DNA of 64,000 nt, taken from NCBI GenBank assembly GCA_004764695.1, contig SMSO01000031.1, forward strand, positions 7,360,761 to 7,424,760, read 5' to 3'. The position numbers and the translations under genes are program-made. Below are positions 19,664-32,322 of the stretch, piece by piece. Positions within the stretch are counted from its first letter, which is position 1, and each line of letters opens with the position of its first letter. The notes under the pieces are model-generated. The model searched no databases and had not been told where the DNA came from. It worked only from the letters and a program-made list of their open reading frames with translations. The DNA comes from Schizochytrium sp. TIO01. Its lineage: Eukaryota; Protista; Bigyra: Labyrinthulomycetes.

Positions 19664-20465
19664 TTATGCGTCCTCCGGGGTTCGGCCGTGGACGATAAGC
19701 GCGACATTGTTTCCATTAAGAAGGATCTGCTTGAGCTGGTTGGTTTTTTTGCCCTCGGGAGTGATTTCACTGTGTTGCATAATGCGTTTTCAAATCTCGA
19801 GAGTCAGAATCAGACCAAGAACAAAAACTTTCCATGATATCTTTCTAGACCACTTACTATTCAGTAACATCCTCCAATACAAGGTTAACAAACTCATCAA
19901 TACCACGCAGAGTGCCAACGATCTCCTTATCACCCTATCAATATACACGTGCACACGAAAAAGCATTCATATATGTAGCAATATTAATTCACGTTTTCGT
20001 TAGTCGGCATTGTCCACAATCGTAAATCGCTTCAATCTTCCGAGGCTTTTTCCTTCAGATCGACTCATCTCAAGGTGCTTGACATTGGCATGAAGAGTTG
20101 CTAAAGGGTGAGTCGATTCGTCTCCAATCCCCAAATCCGTATCTGTTGTTCTGGCTCAGATTCTCAAACGGCAGTGGACCTCATGGTGACCTGCTACCTT
20201 ATGCAGAGCAACTGAAAGCCTGCGTAGGTGATATGGAGCATTGAAACCATCTGATCATGAGCACTCAACTCGGCAACAGTTGCGGTCATTTCAGGGTCGG
20301 TATCTAGAGATAGATACAAGGCCCAATCCAAGGCGATAGCGAGCAAGTCTGCCATCCCTTTGGCCATTGTCAGGCAGCGTGCACTTAACGTACCTTCATG
20401 ATGACCCAGATCTTCTGGCCGACGCTACGGTCAATGAGCTCCAGCGGGAGCATCTCTGTCGCCAT
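19664..20465 (-). CDS. LSM5: U6 snRNA-associated Sm-like protein LSm5 (3 exons: 20465-20394, 19934-19858, 19769-19664; 84 aa)
   Basis: Manual splicing gives [84 protein letters not shown]. Both introns are GT-AG and phases match. Absent from the ORF track. Confidence 0.95.
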
Positions 20466-21496
20466 GGTTTCCTCTCAAGCAATGTCCTGGCTCCTTCGTG
20501 CTTCTCGTTTTTGGTCGCCTTCTCCTCCGCCTTCTTTCCATCCTCTACAACAACAATCGCTCCAAATAGAACAGACATTGGAACGGAACACTGGCCACCC
20601 GAACTAGAACAGAACGGAAAGAGTAGAACTTTTTGTGCTCTTAACATTATCTACAAATCCTCCCATAATCTGCCTAACTATAGCAGTTACCTATGCACCT
20701 AGTAGGTTGGTTCCTGTAGACAGTCTCGCCATCGAATTGAGAGTTTAGGGGACAATGCTTAGGCCACGAATCCAAAACGAAGATAGAATCCTCAGAGAGG
20801 TTCTCTGGGAAGGAAGCAGACAAAGTCTAGGAGGATCTGAATATGTGGGTATGTCTGTGCCTACAGTAGCATCATGAATCAACGGTGGAATATCGCAGAT
20901 GACCAACCTCGTTTTGTTTCAATCATTCGTCGCTTCTTTCTTTCTCCCCTGTTTCTTCGAATCGAATCTCGAAGCGGTACAATTTGGGCTCAGTGGAGTG
21001 TGAGGGGCCGGGTGGGCCTCACTAGTTTGAGGTATGGGGGAAACGCCCGCACTCCTCTGAGGAAGACCTCGAATTTAGGGCCAGTGTGATGAGAGGGGGA
21101 GAGGAGGTTAAAGTCTCCAAAGCGATAATGGAAACGATAAGTTCCTGAAAGAAAAAGCCAAAAGAAAGAATTAATTAATTTTCAAATGATCAATGATTGA
21201 AAAGAACTGAAAACAAAGTTGAACTTAGTTCAATTGAAGTTGAGAAAGAATAGAACAGTTAAAAGGCACTTAAGGAGTACTATAGGGCCCTGCAAAATCA
21301 GTGAAATACAGTATCTAAAGAAGGAAAGCGAAGAGAAGGTAATAAATAGTCGTCGCGGTAACAGATGAAAGTACCGCCAACCCAGCAAAACAGGATCTGC
21401 GAACTCTCTCTTCCGCTAGCGACGCTGAGACGAGACAAGCCTCTGTCGGCCTAGACCTACCGCCGCGCCTCCCTCGCCTCGAAATCAAACGGCATC

Positions 21497-22777
21497 ATGG
21501 TGGACTGCTTCGCCTGCTGCTTCTGGTACGTTTCCGCTGCCCGCTCGTTCGCAACGTAGCTCGCTCATTCAAGCGCGGCCGCTGTCTCTTGACTGCTTAG
21601 TTTGAAACAACCTTGCTTGCTTGGAGGACTTGGAGAGGGTCCGAACTGGCCGTTCTATCACAGGCTCGCTGCCAAACACATCAAGGGCAGCAGCCAACGT
21701 ATTCATTCATATACTGGGTTTGTATGAGATTCACAGAGGAGGGTTTTTGTGTATTTGATATCTCATCGCTTTGGGGCTGTCGACTACAAAGTGATTGTTG
21801 TGTGGTTGCAATCAGGACTGGCGTTCACTAACCTTTGGACAATGTGTACCTTTGTGCCTCGATGCTTTACTTTGGTTTAATTTGGTGCTTGTCGTGGTGA
21901 TGCAATTTGCAAAGCTTTTCGGATGAGCCGGTGGAAGATGATCCCCGCCTGCAAAATGCCAACCGCTGGAAGGTGCTCATGAAGGATGCACCAGTGGAAG
22001 AGACCTTGTGGTGCTGCTATGGCGCATTTTGTCCCATGTGTGCAGCGTACCAGCTCCGCACACGCGCCTTGGGATACAACATGCAGAATTACAGCTGCTG
22101 CCAAGGTTATATGCAATTTTGCTGTATTTCCCCTGGTAACCTGGGAGAGAAGAGCTGCCCCGAGCTCTGCCTCTGTGCCGAGGTTTGCTGCTGCCTCTCA
22201 TGCTCTATCTCTGCCACACGCTTTCTTGTTATGGATGAGTATTCAATTGTCTCTGACCCATGTGATAACCGCATCATTCGTTTCAACAACTTTATGCAGA
22301 TCCTGAGCTGCGTCTTAAACCTTTTGGCTATTTGCATTGAAGAGCTGTAAGTACAATTTGACATAATAAGAGCTGGGACTGACACAAGTCAAAAGTGCAA
22401 GATATTAACTAACTTATTCTGGAATGTATGTAATATATCAACATGTAAACAGACGCGACGCTGCTCAGATTGTAGACTTGATCGCCAAGATTGTCTACAT
22501 GATTACCTTTGGCTGCATGGCTGCCCAGATGAAGTCTGAGCTCGAGTTCAGAGAAAAGCAGGGCCAGGCCCCTGGCTCTGGTGCCTATGCCCCATCTACT
22601 TTAGAGATGAACCGTGGCGGCGAGGGCGCCGCCTACATGGGACAAGAGGGTGCTCAGCAGCAGCAATACCAGCAGCAGCAATACCAGCAACAACAGTACC
22701 AGCAGCAACAGCAGCAACAGCAGCAGTACCCACCTGTTGTTGAAGCAAAGCCCGTGGGCCAGGTTCAGCATTACTAA
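21497..22777 (+). CDS. PLAC8-family Cys-rich protein with poly-Q/QQQQY tail (3 exons: 21497-21525, 21915-22346, 22453-22777)
   Basis: CCYGAFCPMCAAYQLR...CPELCLCAEVCCCLSCSISATR...DPCDNRII. Splice sites GTACGT/AAG and GTAAGT/CAG keep the frame. Confidence 0.88.
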
Positions 22778-23255
22778 GCTCGTTTCCTCTCCTCGTCTCC
22801 TCAGAGTCCATATTTCTTGTTTACTCATCATGGGGCTCGAGTGAAACCACGAATTCGACCTTCTCTTGTGTGCTCGATTCTGAATCAGAAACGATCGCCA
22901 AGATCCCTTCTCTGAATCAGAGTAAACTATGTTGAGTTGCACTTTTTTTATCTTAAGTGTAGCGAACGTGTGGTGACGATGTCACAGTTACTCTCCTTTC
23001 TCCATCCGTTGACCACCAGCTCTTTTTCTTTTTCAAAGAACACAACTTAATCTCCTTAACCCAGGTTCTTTCTTAATCTCTACAAATCTACTCATGTTTA
23101 TCTGTTCTTTTCTATTACAGTAAAGTTTCCCTTGGCAGGCTTGGAGATGAATGGATGAATGGATGAATGAATGATAACAGAATTCAAGAGATTAATTTCT
23201 CAGAGTGGTGTAGTCGGTTGATAACTAGTGTAGTAGTAGAAGTAAGAAGAATTAT

Positions 23256-24552
23256 TTAATTTGGCACACGGAAACGGAAATTCTGGCCTGGTCGAACACC
23301 TCGTGGAACTTCGACGCGCATTCGACCTCGATTAGGAACCTCGATCTGCACATTCAGAAGATAAGAACACAGTGCAAAGGGAAAAAGTAAGATAAGATTC
23401 GTCAGTTTCCGTTGCTGATTCGAAATACACAGCAAGCGATTGATGCTAAGGATATGTCCAGTAATCAATAAAGTTAACTTACAAGGATTTGCTGTCCCCC
23501 ACGAGCATTTGCTGTTATGTGAAAAGGGTTATCAAAGACCAAGCAAAAGAAAAATTGAGTTAGGAGCATGCACATGTTAGTCAAATGAAAAATTTCCATG
23601 AAGATAATCCTTTATAAGTAAGGATGCAAAATACCATTTTCCACAATGGTGAAAACATTGCAGATTCCCATTCTCTTTCTCTTTTTATCGTAGAAGAAGA
23701 CAAACAACTTACGAGGACATGTGACCTGCATAATCTGGCCCTCATTGCCACCAATATGAAGACGGCCATTGTTGCTGTTGTTGTTGGAGCTTGTCCGGGG
23801 GGGCAAGCGTACTTGGAAGCGGTCTCCCGAGCGGAGACCCGCTGGAACAATCACAGACATTTGATCACGGCCAGGCGGGTTAATGAGAAGACGAGTTCCA
23901 GCACGCGCGTTCTCGGGCACCACAACGGTAATCATGTTAGAATCAGTACTATCTGTCACACGGACCACGGGTCCAAGGCCATCGTCGCCCTCTCCATCAT
24001 CGTCGATAGCGTCTAGCTTTTTCACGACATAAATGGTGTCACCATTTTTTAAGTTGTACTGTGAGGTTTCAATTAGAGTCAGCATTAAGTCATTCCACGC
24101 AACCAATCTTGGTTAGTATGTTTCTGCAAAGCATTATAATAAAAAAAGAGAGCACGTTCAAACTTACATCGCCAAGAGTTTTGTGGTCTTCAAATACAGT
24201 TACACCCTGTTCGTTGCTCATATGAAATTTTACAGACATTGTAATGAAGAACTCAGTTAGCCGTCATGTTCTTAGAGAGCGTAACACGTATAATTCTTAA
24301 ACAATCGTCACAAGATGCGTTTATTCATATCCTCCACTTCGCCAAGACTTAGTTACAACGTACTTTGATCAGTCTCTGGGTAGCCACGGGAAAGTCTGGG
24401 TGTTCTTTTGCAACTAGCGTCTTGAGTTCGTCCACACCAACGTAGAGACTAATCTGCGGAAAAGGCATTTGAATACCCGAGAGTGTGCGCACTGTTAGCG
24501 AAATGAAAGAGCTCTCCAGCTTGCCGAAGTCCTCATCGTCCGAGACGTCCAT
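23256..24552 (-). CDS. Ubiquitin-like domain protein with four V-x-[VC]-P-x-[GN]-x-R-x-G repeats (5 exons: 24552-24364, 24206-24168, 24058-23713, 23511-23483, 23345-23256; 230 aa)
   Basis: UBL: ISLTVRTLSG...VDELKTLVA...QRLIKGVTVFEDHKTLGDYNLKNGDTIYVV. All four introns are GT-AG and phase-compatible. Confidence 0.85.
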
Positions 24553-26077
24553 GGTGAAGCCAAAGAGGAACTTTATGTATTGTGATACAAGAGAATTATA
24601 GACTTCAAAAACCCTGCTGCGTCCTCGCTTTCACGCAGCCCCGCAGAGGCAGGACGAGCAAGCAAGCTTGACTTGTTGATGAACGAGGCGGTCCTTCTGA
24701 CCTGAGTCGGAGCGGCAAGATGAAGTCGAGGGCAGTATTCGCGCTCAGTAACAGGCCCGCTCAGTAAGAGCTTCCACAGGAAGCTGCCACGGAAGTCAAC
24801 AAAGTTCGGGGCGTTTCTGCTCGCCCGCTGCTCGAGCGAGTTTATTGTTGTGTTTGTTTGCTCAGGCAATTGACTTTTTTCACTCCTACTTTGTGCTTGG
24901 CATAGTTGTTTATTTTTAATTCCCTCTTTTCTTCTTTCTCTACTTTAAGTAAGTAGAGAGAATACCAGTTAGCAACCCATAGTAATTTACTACGTACGTA
25001 TGTACCTCCTATCAATTCGAACTCTAAACAATTGAATCGAATGAATTATCAGAACAACTCCTATCGTAATCGTTATTGGACCTTGCTTTCGCTCTTTTTC
25101 TTGTTTCAGTTCTTTCTTTTTGTTCCAATCTCTAATCGTCATGAGTGTGCTTCAAGCTCAGGCTCTTGGTTGTTGTTTCCACTTGTAGTACCTAGGTACT
25201 TCTTCGACGACGATCATCGCGTGAGGTGAGATTGTTGACAGCCGACTCGTTTAGAGTCGACTTTGCGAACGAGGATTACTTTGAGGCGAGTAGTTGGTGG
25301 TGGTACATGACTATTTCAAAGGAAATAACACGATAAATTGAACTCCAGAGAATAAAAGAGAAAGCAAGGAAGCTACGTGCACGTACACACGCAGGTGCAA
25401 AACACTCATCTTGCTCGATTCTCACATTTGTAGTGAAATTGGAAATGCACTTATGATGGCACGAAATAGGGAAAACACGTGGAGAGAAAGTACAACCGAG
25501 ATTATGGCGGAGTAGAAGTTAGTAAGGAGAACTCATGAAGTACTAGGATGTAAGAAAGAACTTCTTGCTGTGCTTCCCAGTAATCGTGCTGTATTGGTTG
25601 TGGATGGGGGAGTTTGATGCAACGAACACTTGAAAATTTTATGGAGCAATGCCCAGAAATCAGGAAGGCTGAGTTGGTAGGCTCGCGAAAAAACACACAT
25701 AAAATTCGAAATAAAGATCTTCGACGATGATGCGAACTTTAATTATAACAACAAAAACAAAAACAAGCAAAAAAGCAAAATAAATCGTCGAAGAAGCGAT
25801 GTTGTTGTATATTTTTATTTTCTGATAAGTTTGTAATGACCATGGCAATACTGACAAAATAGGGGCCAGTCTAGTGTGATTCGTCAGGAAGGATTTTCAT
25901 TTTTCAGACTGACCACAGAGGGACTAGACAGAAACGCCCTGATGCTCTTTAAGTGCAAAAGATAGCACCAAAACTGGACAATAAAAAGCAAATGATGAAT
26001 TTCAAATTGAAGGATACTAAGGGATCTGGATCTGGAAGTTAAAACACAGAGTGAAATTAGTTGTGTGCAGGATACTA

Positions 26078-27053
26078 TTAAATCATACGTTTAACTTCGA
26101 AGAATCTTCTCAAGTAGTAAATTTGCCAAAGGTTTACTCCAACAAGCACTGCTGCCTCGCAAAGCGAAGAGAGCAACACCCTTGAACCTGTGTTTTCTGT
26201 GGTGCGTTGATGCCTCTCGCTTCGTCGACGAAGGTACTCTTCTTGTTCTTTGAGGTCGCTCACCCGGCGACCGAGGCGAAGCACAAGCTCATGCAGGCGA
26301 TCAACAGTTGACTGTGATAATTTGAAAATAATAAGGCGGAGCATAAAATGCATGTAGCCAAGTTAGATGCATTGTTAGTGTGAAATTTGCGTCGAGTCAA
26401 AAACATTAGTCTGGAGTTGATTCCAAAAATTTGCCAGCATTAATTTGCAAGTTGATAATATGTGCAAACCAGCTGAGACGTAAAAACAATGACCAACACA
26501 TCAATAAATTAAAGGAGTGTTTTTATTTTTCCAGACATATACATGTTGGCCTGTTTCAATGACTATTATTCCTCGTCTACCCTCGACTTACCTTATCTGC
26601 AAGATTTTCTGTGGCTTCGTTTTCCAGCAGCTCGTCTACCCGTCCCGCATGGATTGAGAACTGCACCTTCTTTACAGCATTTGTTGAGAGTCTGTTCCCA
26701 AAGCAGACCTTGTAGCGGCCTGCTTCACTGGCCTCGAACTCAAAGGTGCCTTCCTCTTGCCGAAATTGCTCAACGACCTTTGCCTGCGTCCTTGAGTAAA
26801 TTACAGCAAGATCAATGTCAAGATACCCCCCCTCAATAACCTGATAAGATCCTCTCATTTGCTCGCCACTTGTAAGGTCCTCAAAGAAGCATACCTCCTC
26901 ATCAGGCTTGACTGCCACGAAGGACCTCGCTGCCACATCTCGCACAGTCGTTAACGCCATCATCACGACCAGTGCCACCTTCCACGGCGACATTCTCTTT
27001 TCTCGCAAAGATCTTCTCCTCACAGTCCGAGCCTGTGCTTCCGCAGAACCCAT
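26078..27053 (-). CDS. p24/TMED (emp24/gp25L) cargo receptor (2 exons: 27053-26592, 26311-26078; alternative ATG 26993)
   Basis: Signal peptide, GOLD domain (EEVCFFEDL...YQVIEGGYLDID...GRYKVCFGN), coiled coil, and TM ending QIYYLRRFFEVKRMI. Confidence 0.93.
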
Positions 27054-27586
27054 TTCTCTGCAACCGTGTCAACGCACTCCTGGTGCCGCTGCCTTCTGCT
27101 CCGTGTCTGCTAGATGGATAAGTGTCTTATCGATCGATCATTTCATCAAATTGTGTTATATTTATTCGTCTCTTCAAGATCGTCTTCGCTCTCTCTCTTC
27201 TCCATCCCATCCCTGTTCCGATAATATCGACACCAGTACCTCCTATTTCCTGGAGTTTATCTCACTCCTCACCATCGTTTTATAGCACTTTGTTTTCATC
27301 CAGCCCCTGTTCTGCTATTAATTCTACTTTCCGGTTTCATCCTCGTTGCAATCGGTTTTTCGTAACCTCTAGTGTTCTTTATATATTGCTATATAGAACG
27401 GAACTTGGCCGAGTAAAATGATACTGAGTAAATATTGTATACGTAAAAAGTAGTATAAAGTTATGGTGGATAACTAAAAGATGTTTCGTTCGTTCTGTTC
27501 TATGTGTGGTCTGTGGGTCTCAGTGCTTTGGAGGAGAGCAGAACTACTGGTGCTCGAGGTCGATTGGCTTTCGCTCGAGGTCCAAG

Positions 27587-30180
27587 ATGGCGCGCACGCG
27601 AGCCAAGAGCGCGGCCAACCCGGACGGTACGCCGCTTAAGACTCCTCCTCAGAAGCGCACACGTGCTGCTCGTGCTGCTACAACTGCGAAGAAGGCTCAA
27701 AAGGCTGCTGCCTTGCATGATGATGACGACCAGCTCCTTGGCGACGCCAGTCATGCCGATGCCAGCTTGCCAAAGCGAGCGGCAACAGCAGTGAAGCCTC
27801 GTGCATCGAGACGTGCGAAGGAGATTACTTCGGAGGCACCTTCGTTTGACCCGTTTTCCCCACCTCTGACCAGGGCCAGGCTCCGGCGCAAGACCATGGA
27901 CGGTTCTGAGCTCAAGCGCAGTGCCAAAAAGGCCAACCCCGAAGAAGAACGACGAGGAGAACGTTGAAATGGAGGGCGCTGACAGTGATGAAGTTGTGGA
28001 GGTAGTTGACAACGATGATCTCGACGGCGAGAACCTCACTGACGAAGACAAGGTTGAGGAAGGTTCCGAAGATGAAGGAGACACCAGCGACGATGAGCAG
28101 AACGCAGAACGCGAAGAGGTCGATGTCGTGCAACAAGAACAACTAGTCTCTGGAGGCGAAGAGAGCGAGGACGAGGACGAGGGACGAGGAGAGTGAAGAT
28201 GAGGAAGATGAAAAGGAAGCAACAGTGCTTGTGAAGGCAAGCGCAGAGGACCTCGAGGAGGTTGAGGAGGGTTCATCTTCTGGAGAAGAAGAAGATGAAG
28301 GTCAAGAAGAAGATGGTGACGACGATGAAGAAGAGGAGGAGGCTGAGGTAGCCGTAGCACAGACTGTGGAAGAGGATGACAAAGAAGCCTCTGAGTCCGA
28401 AGAAGAAGATCAAGAACAAGCATCTGAGTCGGAACAGGAAGACGAAGTGGAACAGCAAGAGCAAGAACAAGCCTCTGAGTCTGAACAAGAAGAAGAAGCC
28501 TCTGAGTCCGAACAAGAAGAAGAAGAAGAAGCAGAGGAGGAAGGAGACATTATCTCTCGCATGATTGCCAGCAAGAATCAGAACCCAAACAAGAGCCCGA
28601 AGAAGCAGACTCCGGTTGAGCAGGATAGCGAATCTGAGGACGATGAGGAATCAGCTGAAGAAGACGAGGAATCTCTCAGTGATGATAACGACTCCGACGA
28701 CGATGACGAGGAGGAGCGTGCTCTGGAGATGGCCCTGTTTGGGTCTCTTAAGTCAAAGCAGGCCCGAAAAGAACTCGAGGCTGTAAACAGCGGCGCCAAG
28801 GCACGCGAGCTACGCAATGGAGATCTCTTTGTGGAGGACAAGGGTGCCTCCAGCATTGAGGAGTCTCCAAAGGATAAGAAGTCTAAGAAGGATGAGGCGC
28901 GCAAGGTAGCATGGGAGGATGACGATGACGCTGATATCCACGTGAACCTGAAAAACACTAGCAAGTCCCGCAAACTTCGCGAAGACCTTAGTGAACAGGT
29001 CGTTGACGGTAAGGAGTACTCTAAGCGCCTCCGTGAGCAGTTCCGCAAAATGAACCGCAATGCAGACTGGGCAGAACTCCCTTCGCGAAAGCGTGCTCGG
29101 CGTAACGGAGAGGCTAGTGACGATGAGGGTGAGGATGAAGAACTGGCGCTTCTGCGAAGCAGCGAACCCTTAACCCGTCGCGCGAGCGAATTCCGAAGAC
29201 TGCCGCCAGGACGTCTTCAGATGACACGGCTAAATGATGCCAACCAACACGCGCCTTCTAAGTCAGTGGTACAGAGTGTGGACTGGCACAAACAAGGTCA
29301 GCTGATGGCGACCGCAGGCTACGACAAGGCTTTACGAATCTTCAAGGTCGATGGCAAGGTGAACGCGCGCGTAGAATCTGTGAACCTTCGCGACATGCCC
29401 ATCTTTAACGCGCAGTTTGCAGGCCGCAACCACGAGCAGATTATCTGTGTTGGACGCCGTCCATTCTTTTACTGGCTTGACCTTGAGTCTGGATCTGTTG
29501 GCAAGATCCCAAGCCTTATGGGACGCTCTGAACGCAGTCTTGAGAGCATGACGGTTGCCCCTGATGGATCACTCATGGCATTTATGGGCTACGACGGAAA
29601 TGTCATTCTTGCCTCCCAGGACTCCAAACAGTGGGTAGCAAATGTTAAGATGAACGAAAATGCTTCCTGTGCAGCATTCACCCGTGATGGACGCTACCTA
29701 TACTCTGGAGGTGACCATGGCCGTGTGTACTGCTGGGACATGCGTACGCGCCGAATCCTTTTTAAGTTTCAGGACCAGGGTAGCACCTGGACTCGCTCCA
29801 TTGCTGTGAGCCCATACAATGACCGCCTCGCGGTTGGATCTTCCAACGGTGTCGTAAATCTATACGATGTGGATAAGGTGTCCTCGGAGAAGTCTCCGGA
29901 CCCACTCAAAGCCATCATGTCGCTGACCACTGCTGTGGATCAGGTCAAGTTTAACAGCGATGGTCAGCTCCTTGCAATGCTTTCGCGCCGCAAGAAGGAC
30001 TCTGTTCGTCTCTTTAACACCAATACCATGACTGTGGTGCAGAACTGGCCGACCGCAAGCACACCTATTCACTACGCAAGCGCCGTATCCTTTAGCCCAG
30101 GATCTGGCATGCTTGCCCTCGGTAACGACCGTGGTCGCTGCCTCTTGTACCGTCTCAACCACTACAAGTCCGCTGCTTAA
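27587..30180 (+). CDS. UTP18: U3 snoRNA-associated protein 18 (WD40) with long acidic N-terminus; two apparent +1 frame breaks near 27921-27964 and 28181-28183
   Basis: AWEDDDD, RKLRE...VDGKEYSKRLREQF, RLNDAN, GRRPFFYWLDL, VQNWPTASTP, GNDRGRCLLYRLNHY are UTP18 motifs. ATG 27587 (MARTRAKS...) connects to the WD40 ORF through two frame changes. Confidence 0.9.
28384..28530 (+). repeat. Coding tandem repeat (E[EQ]ASESE[EQ]E) in the UTP18 acidic region
   Basis: Four copies of AAGC[AC]TCTGAGTC[CGT]GAA. Confidence 0.8.
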
Positions 30181-31360
30181 ACATACGAGGAAGTATCAAA
30201 ATGTGCATGATGCGAACTTTGTGAAGAAGTTGCATCGCACTGTGTTTTGTTCGATCGTGGTGCGGTGGCATCTGCCCATGCCAAGAGTAAGCGAAACAGA
30301 ATGGATAGATATAAAACGCACTGTATGGCGGACAACCACTCCCTTTTAACCGCCCTATTCCGTTAGACTACCTACTACCTTATAAACCTCTTTCAACGAA
30401 GGTCTTACGTAAACACGAATATTGTTTTTTTGGTCTCGCCTTCTTTCATTGTTTCTTGAGAGTACAAATGCCACTAGAGTTTGATTACCTATTATCTCAG
30501 TTTACATTTAATACATGTTTGTGCGAGTGGTCAAACCTTTTACCTTACTCTCTGTTAAGTAACCTTTTATAATGTTTTGCTCTGTTATTTGACTGAGCTT
30601 TCCTTTCCTTTTTTATTAGCCTTAAAAAAGAAAGGAAACAAAGAAAGCCCCGGATTCAGACTCTGCAAGCAGGATTTTCGTTCTTTAAACTGAGATAAAC
30701 ACTATATTATGTATATCAAAGCCTCGATCTAGTTGTATTGCTGATCATCTTTCAACGCAAAAGGCTGGTTTTCAAAATTTATTTTTATAAGCGATTGAAC
30801 TGGCTCTGAGAAGCAGTAGCAGTAGAAGAACGAAAAGGGGGGGGGGGATCATATAGTCTCCATTTTTCTTTTGAAATCATATTATATTCTATTTTCCTAT
30901 GTAAATGATTAAATTCATCCTCAAGTTTTTGGTGGCTTTATTATTATTATTGTGTAATTCTACTATGTAAGAGGTTGCAGCGTAAAATAGCTTTCATCAC
31001 GAATGAAGAGTCCTACCCCCTTTCCTTAAGCTTTCAAATATCTGCTTATTCTCCCAACGCCACATAAAATGGTGGTGTGGTAATCGATTTGAAACCCAAT
31101 GATAGATGAATGAATTTATGCCCACGGAGTCGTGATGATCTCATGAGCAATCTCATTAAATGACATAAAATACCCCCATGCCCCCTTCGCGCAAGGTGTA
31201 CCTGAGCCGTGCCCGCAAATTAAGGCCACTCGCATTCAGCACTGTGCAAAAGGCAAACACCAGTTGGGGAGAGCGTTGAAGAGTACAAAACCCCAGCACT
31301 TATCGATATTCAGTCATTCGAATCTTGATTTCGGGTGTCTCGAATTTGTAAGAGATTGAT

Positions 31361-31642
31361 TTACTCCTCCTTCTTGGGCTTGATGTCTACAACCTCGTCG
31401 TTGTAGGTGACCTGCATGGTCTGCATATCAAGCTTGATGCCCTTGACCTTGCCAGCAGCAGTACCCTCGGGAACGACGCCCTGTTCCTCGAGCTCGCGGA
31501 GCTTGGACTCGAGGGCTTTCCTGCGCTCAGCAAGGGTAACGGTTTGGTTGATCGAGGTGTACGCGAGGAATCCAGTGGCGCCAATGAGGCCTGCCACAAG
31601 AGTACGTTGCACGACGTCAGCTGCGCGTCCGAGGCCCGACAT
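31361..31642 (-). CDS. Small single-pass membrane protein, COX14-like (93 aa)
   Basis: Strong codon bias. RAADVVQRTLVAGLIGATGFLAY resembles Cox14 (RVTDTIHRLTVLTLVGGTLYM) and is followed by a basic/coiled segment. Family call is tentative. Confidence 0.65.
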   Translation of the reverse strand: MSGLGRAADVVQRTLVAGLIGATGFLAYTSINQTVTLAERRKALESKLRELEEQGVVPEGTAAGKVKGIKLDMQTMQVTYNDEVVDIKPKKEE

Positions 31643-32059
31643 TCTCACAAGCAAGATTAAGTCTCTAGTCTGATCTGTACTACAGCAAAGTCCAAATCAA
31701 AAGTCCAACAAGATACAAACAAGGGTACGACGCCACCAAAAGATATTCTAGCTGCGCTAAAAATTTCAACGCTGGCCAGTGCTTTGACGTCTGCGCGATG
31801 AATGAACTTTTGATCGAGTTTAATTATCTCTTTCTCATCGCACCTAAGTCTGTTCTTCTTTATTCCCGATTTCTTTCCTCGCCTTCTCTACTAGTGCTCT
31901 TATTACCTAGTTCTTTAATCTTCTTTCTTTTCATTGATGGTCGCTGAAGCTCTAGCTGCGCTAGGACTCGTATAGGAGACTGTCAGTAGCAAGCACTTAG
32001 ACAAAACTACGCGGACCCTTCGAGACCATGCATTGTCGATTATAATACATTACCATGGT

Positions 32060-32124
32060 ACATTACATTAGATTACATTAGCCTGCATTACATTGCATTG
32101 TATTGCATTGCATTGTATTGCATT
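32060..32124. repeat. Degenerate pentanucleotide repeat (CATTA/CATTG)n
   Basis: Direct observation. Confidence 0.85.
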
Positions 32125-32322
32125 TTAGGACAAAGTCTGACTAAAGCTGCGGAAGCAGTAGTACGGGAAATTGCGAACTGCAATCTGTGCATTAATTCAC
32201 AGGTCTGCTTCATCACTGGCGGCCACGCGGAATTGCTGAGATGAATGCGGCATGAAGAATGAATGATGGGAACAGCTGAATGCATTTTGTGTGACTTGAA
32301 TGGGTCAACAAGCTGGAGTGGT

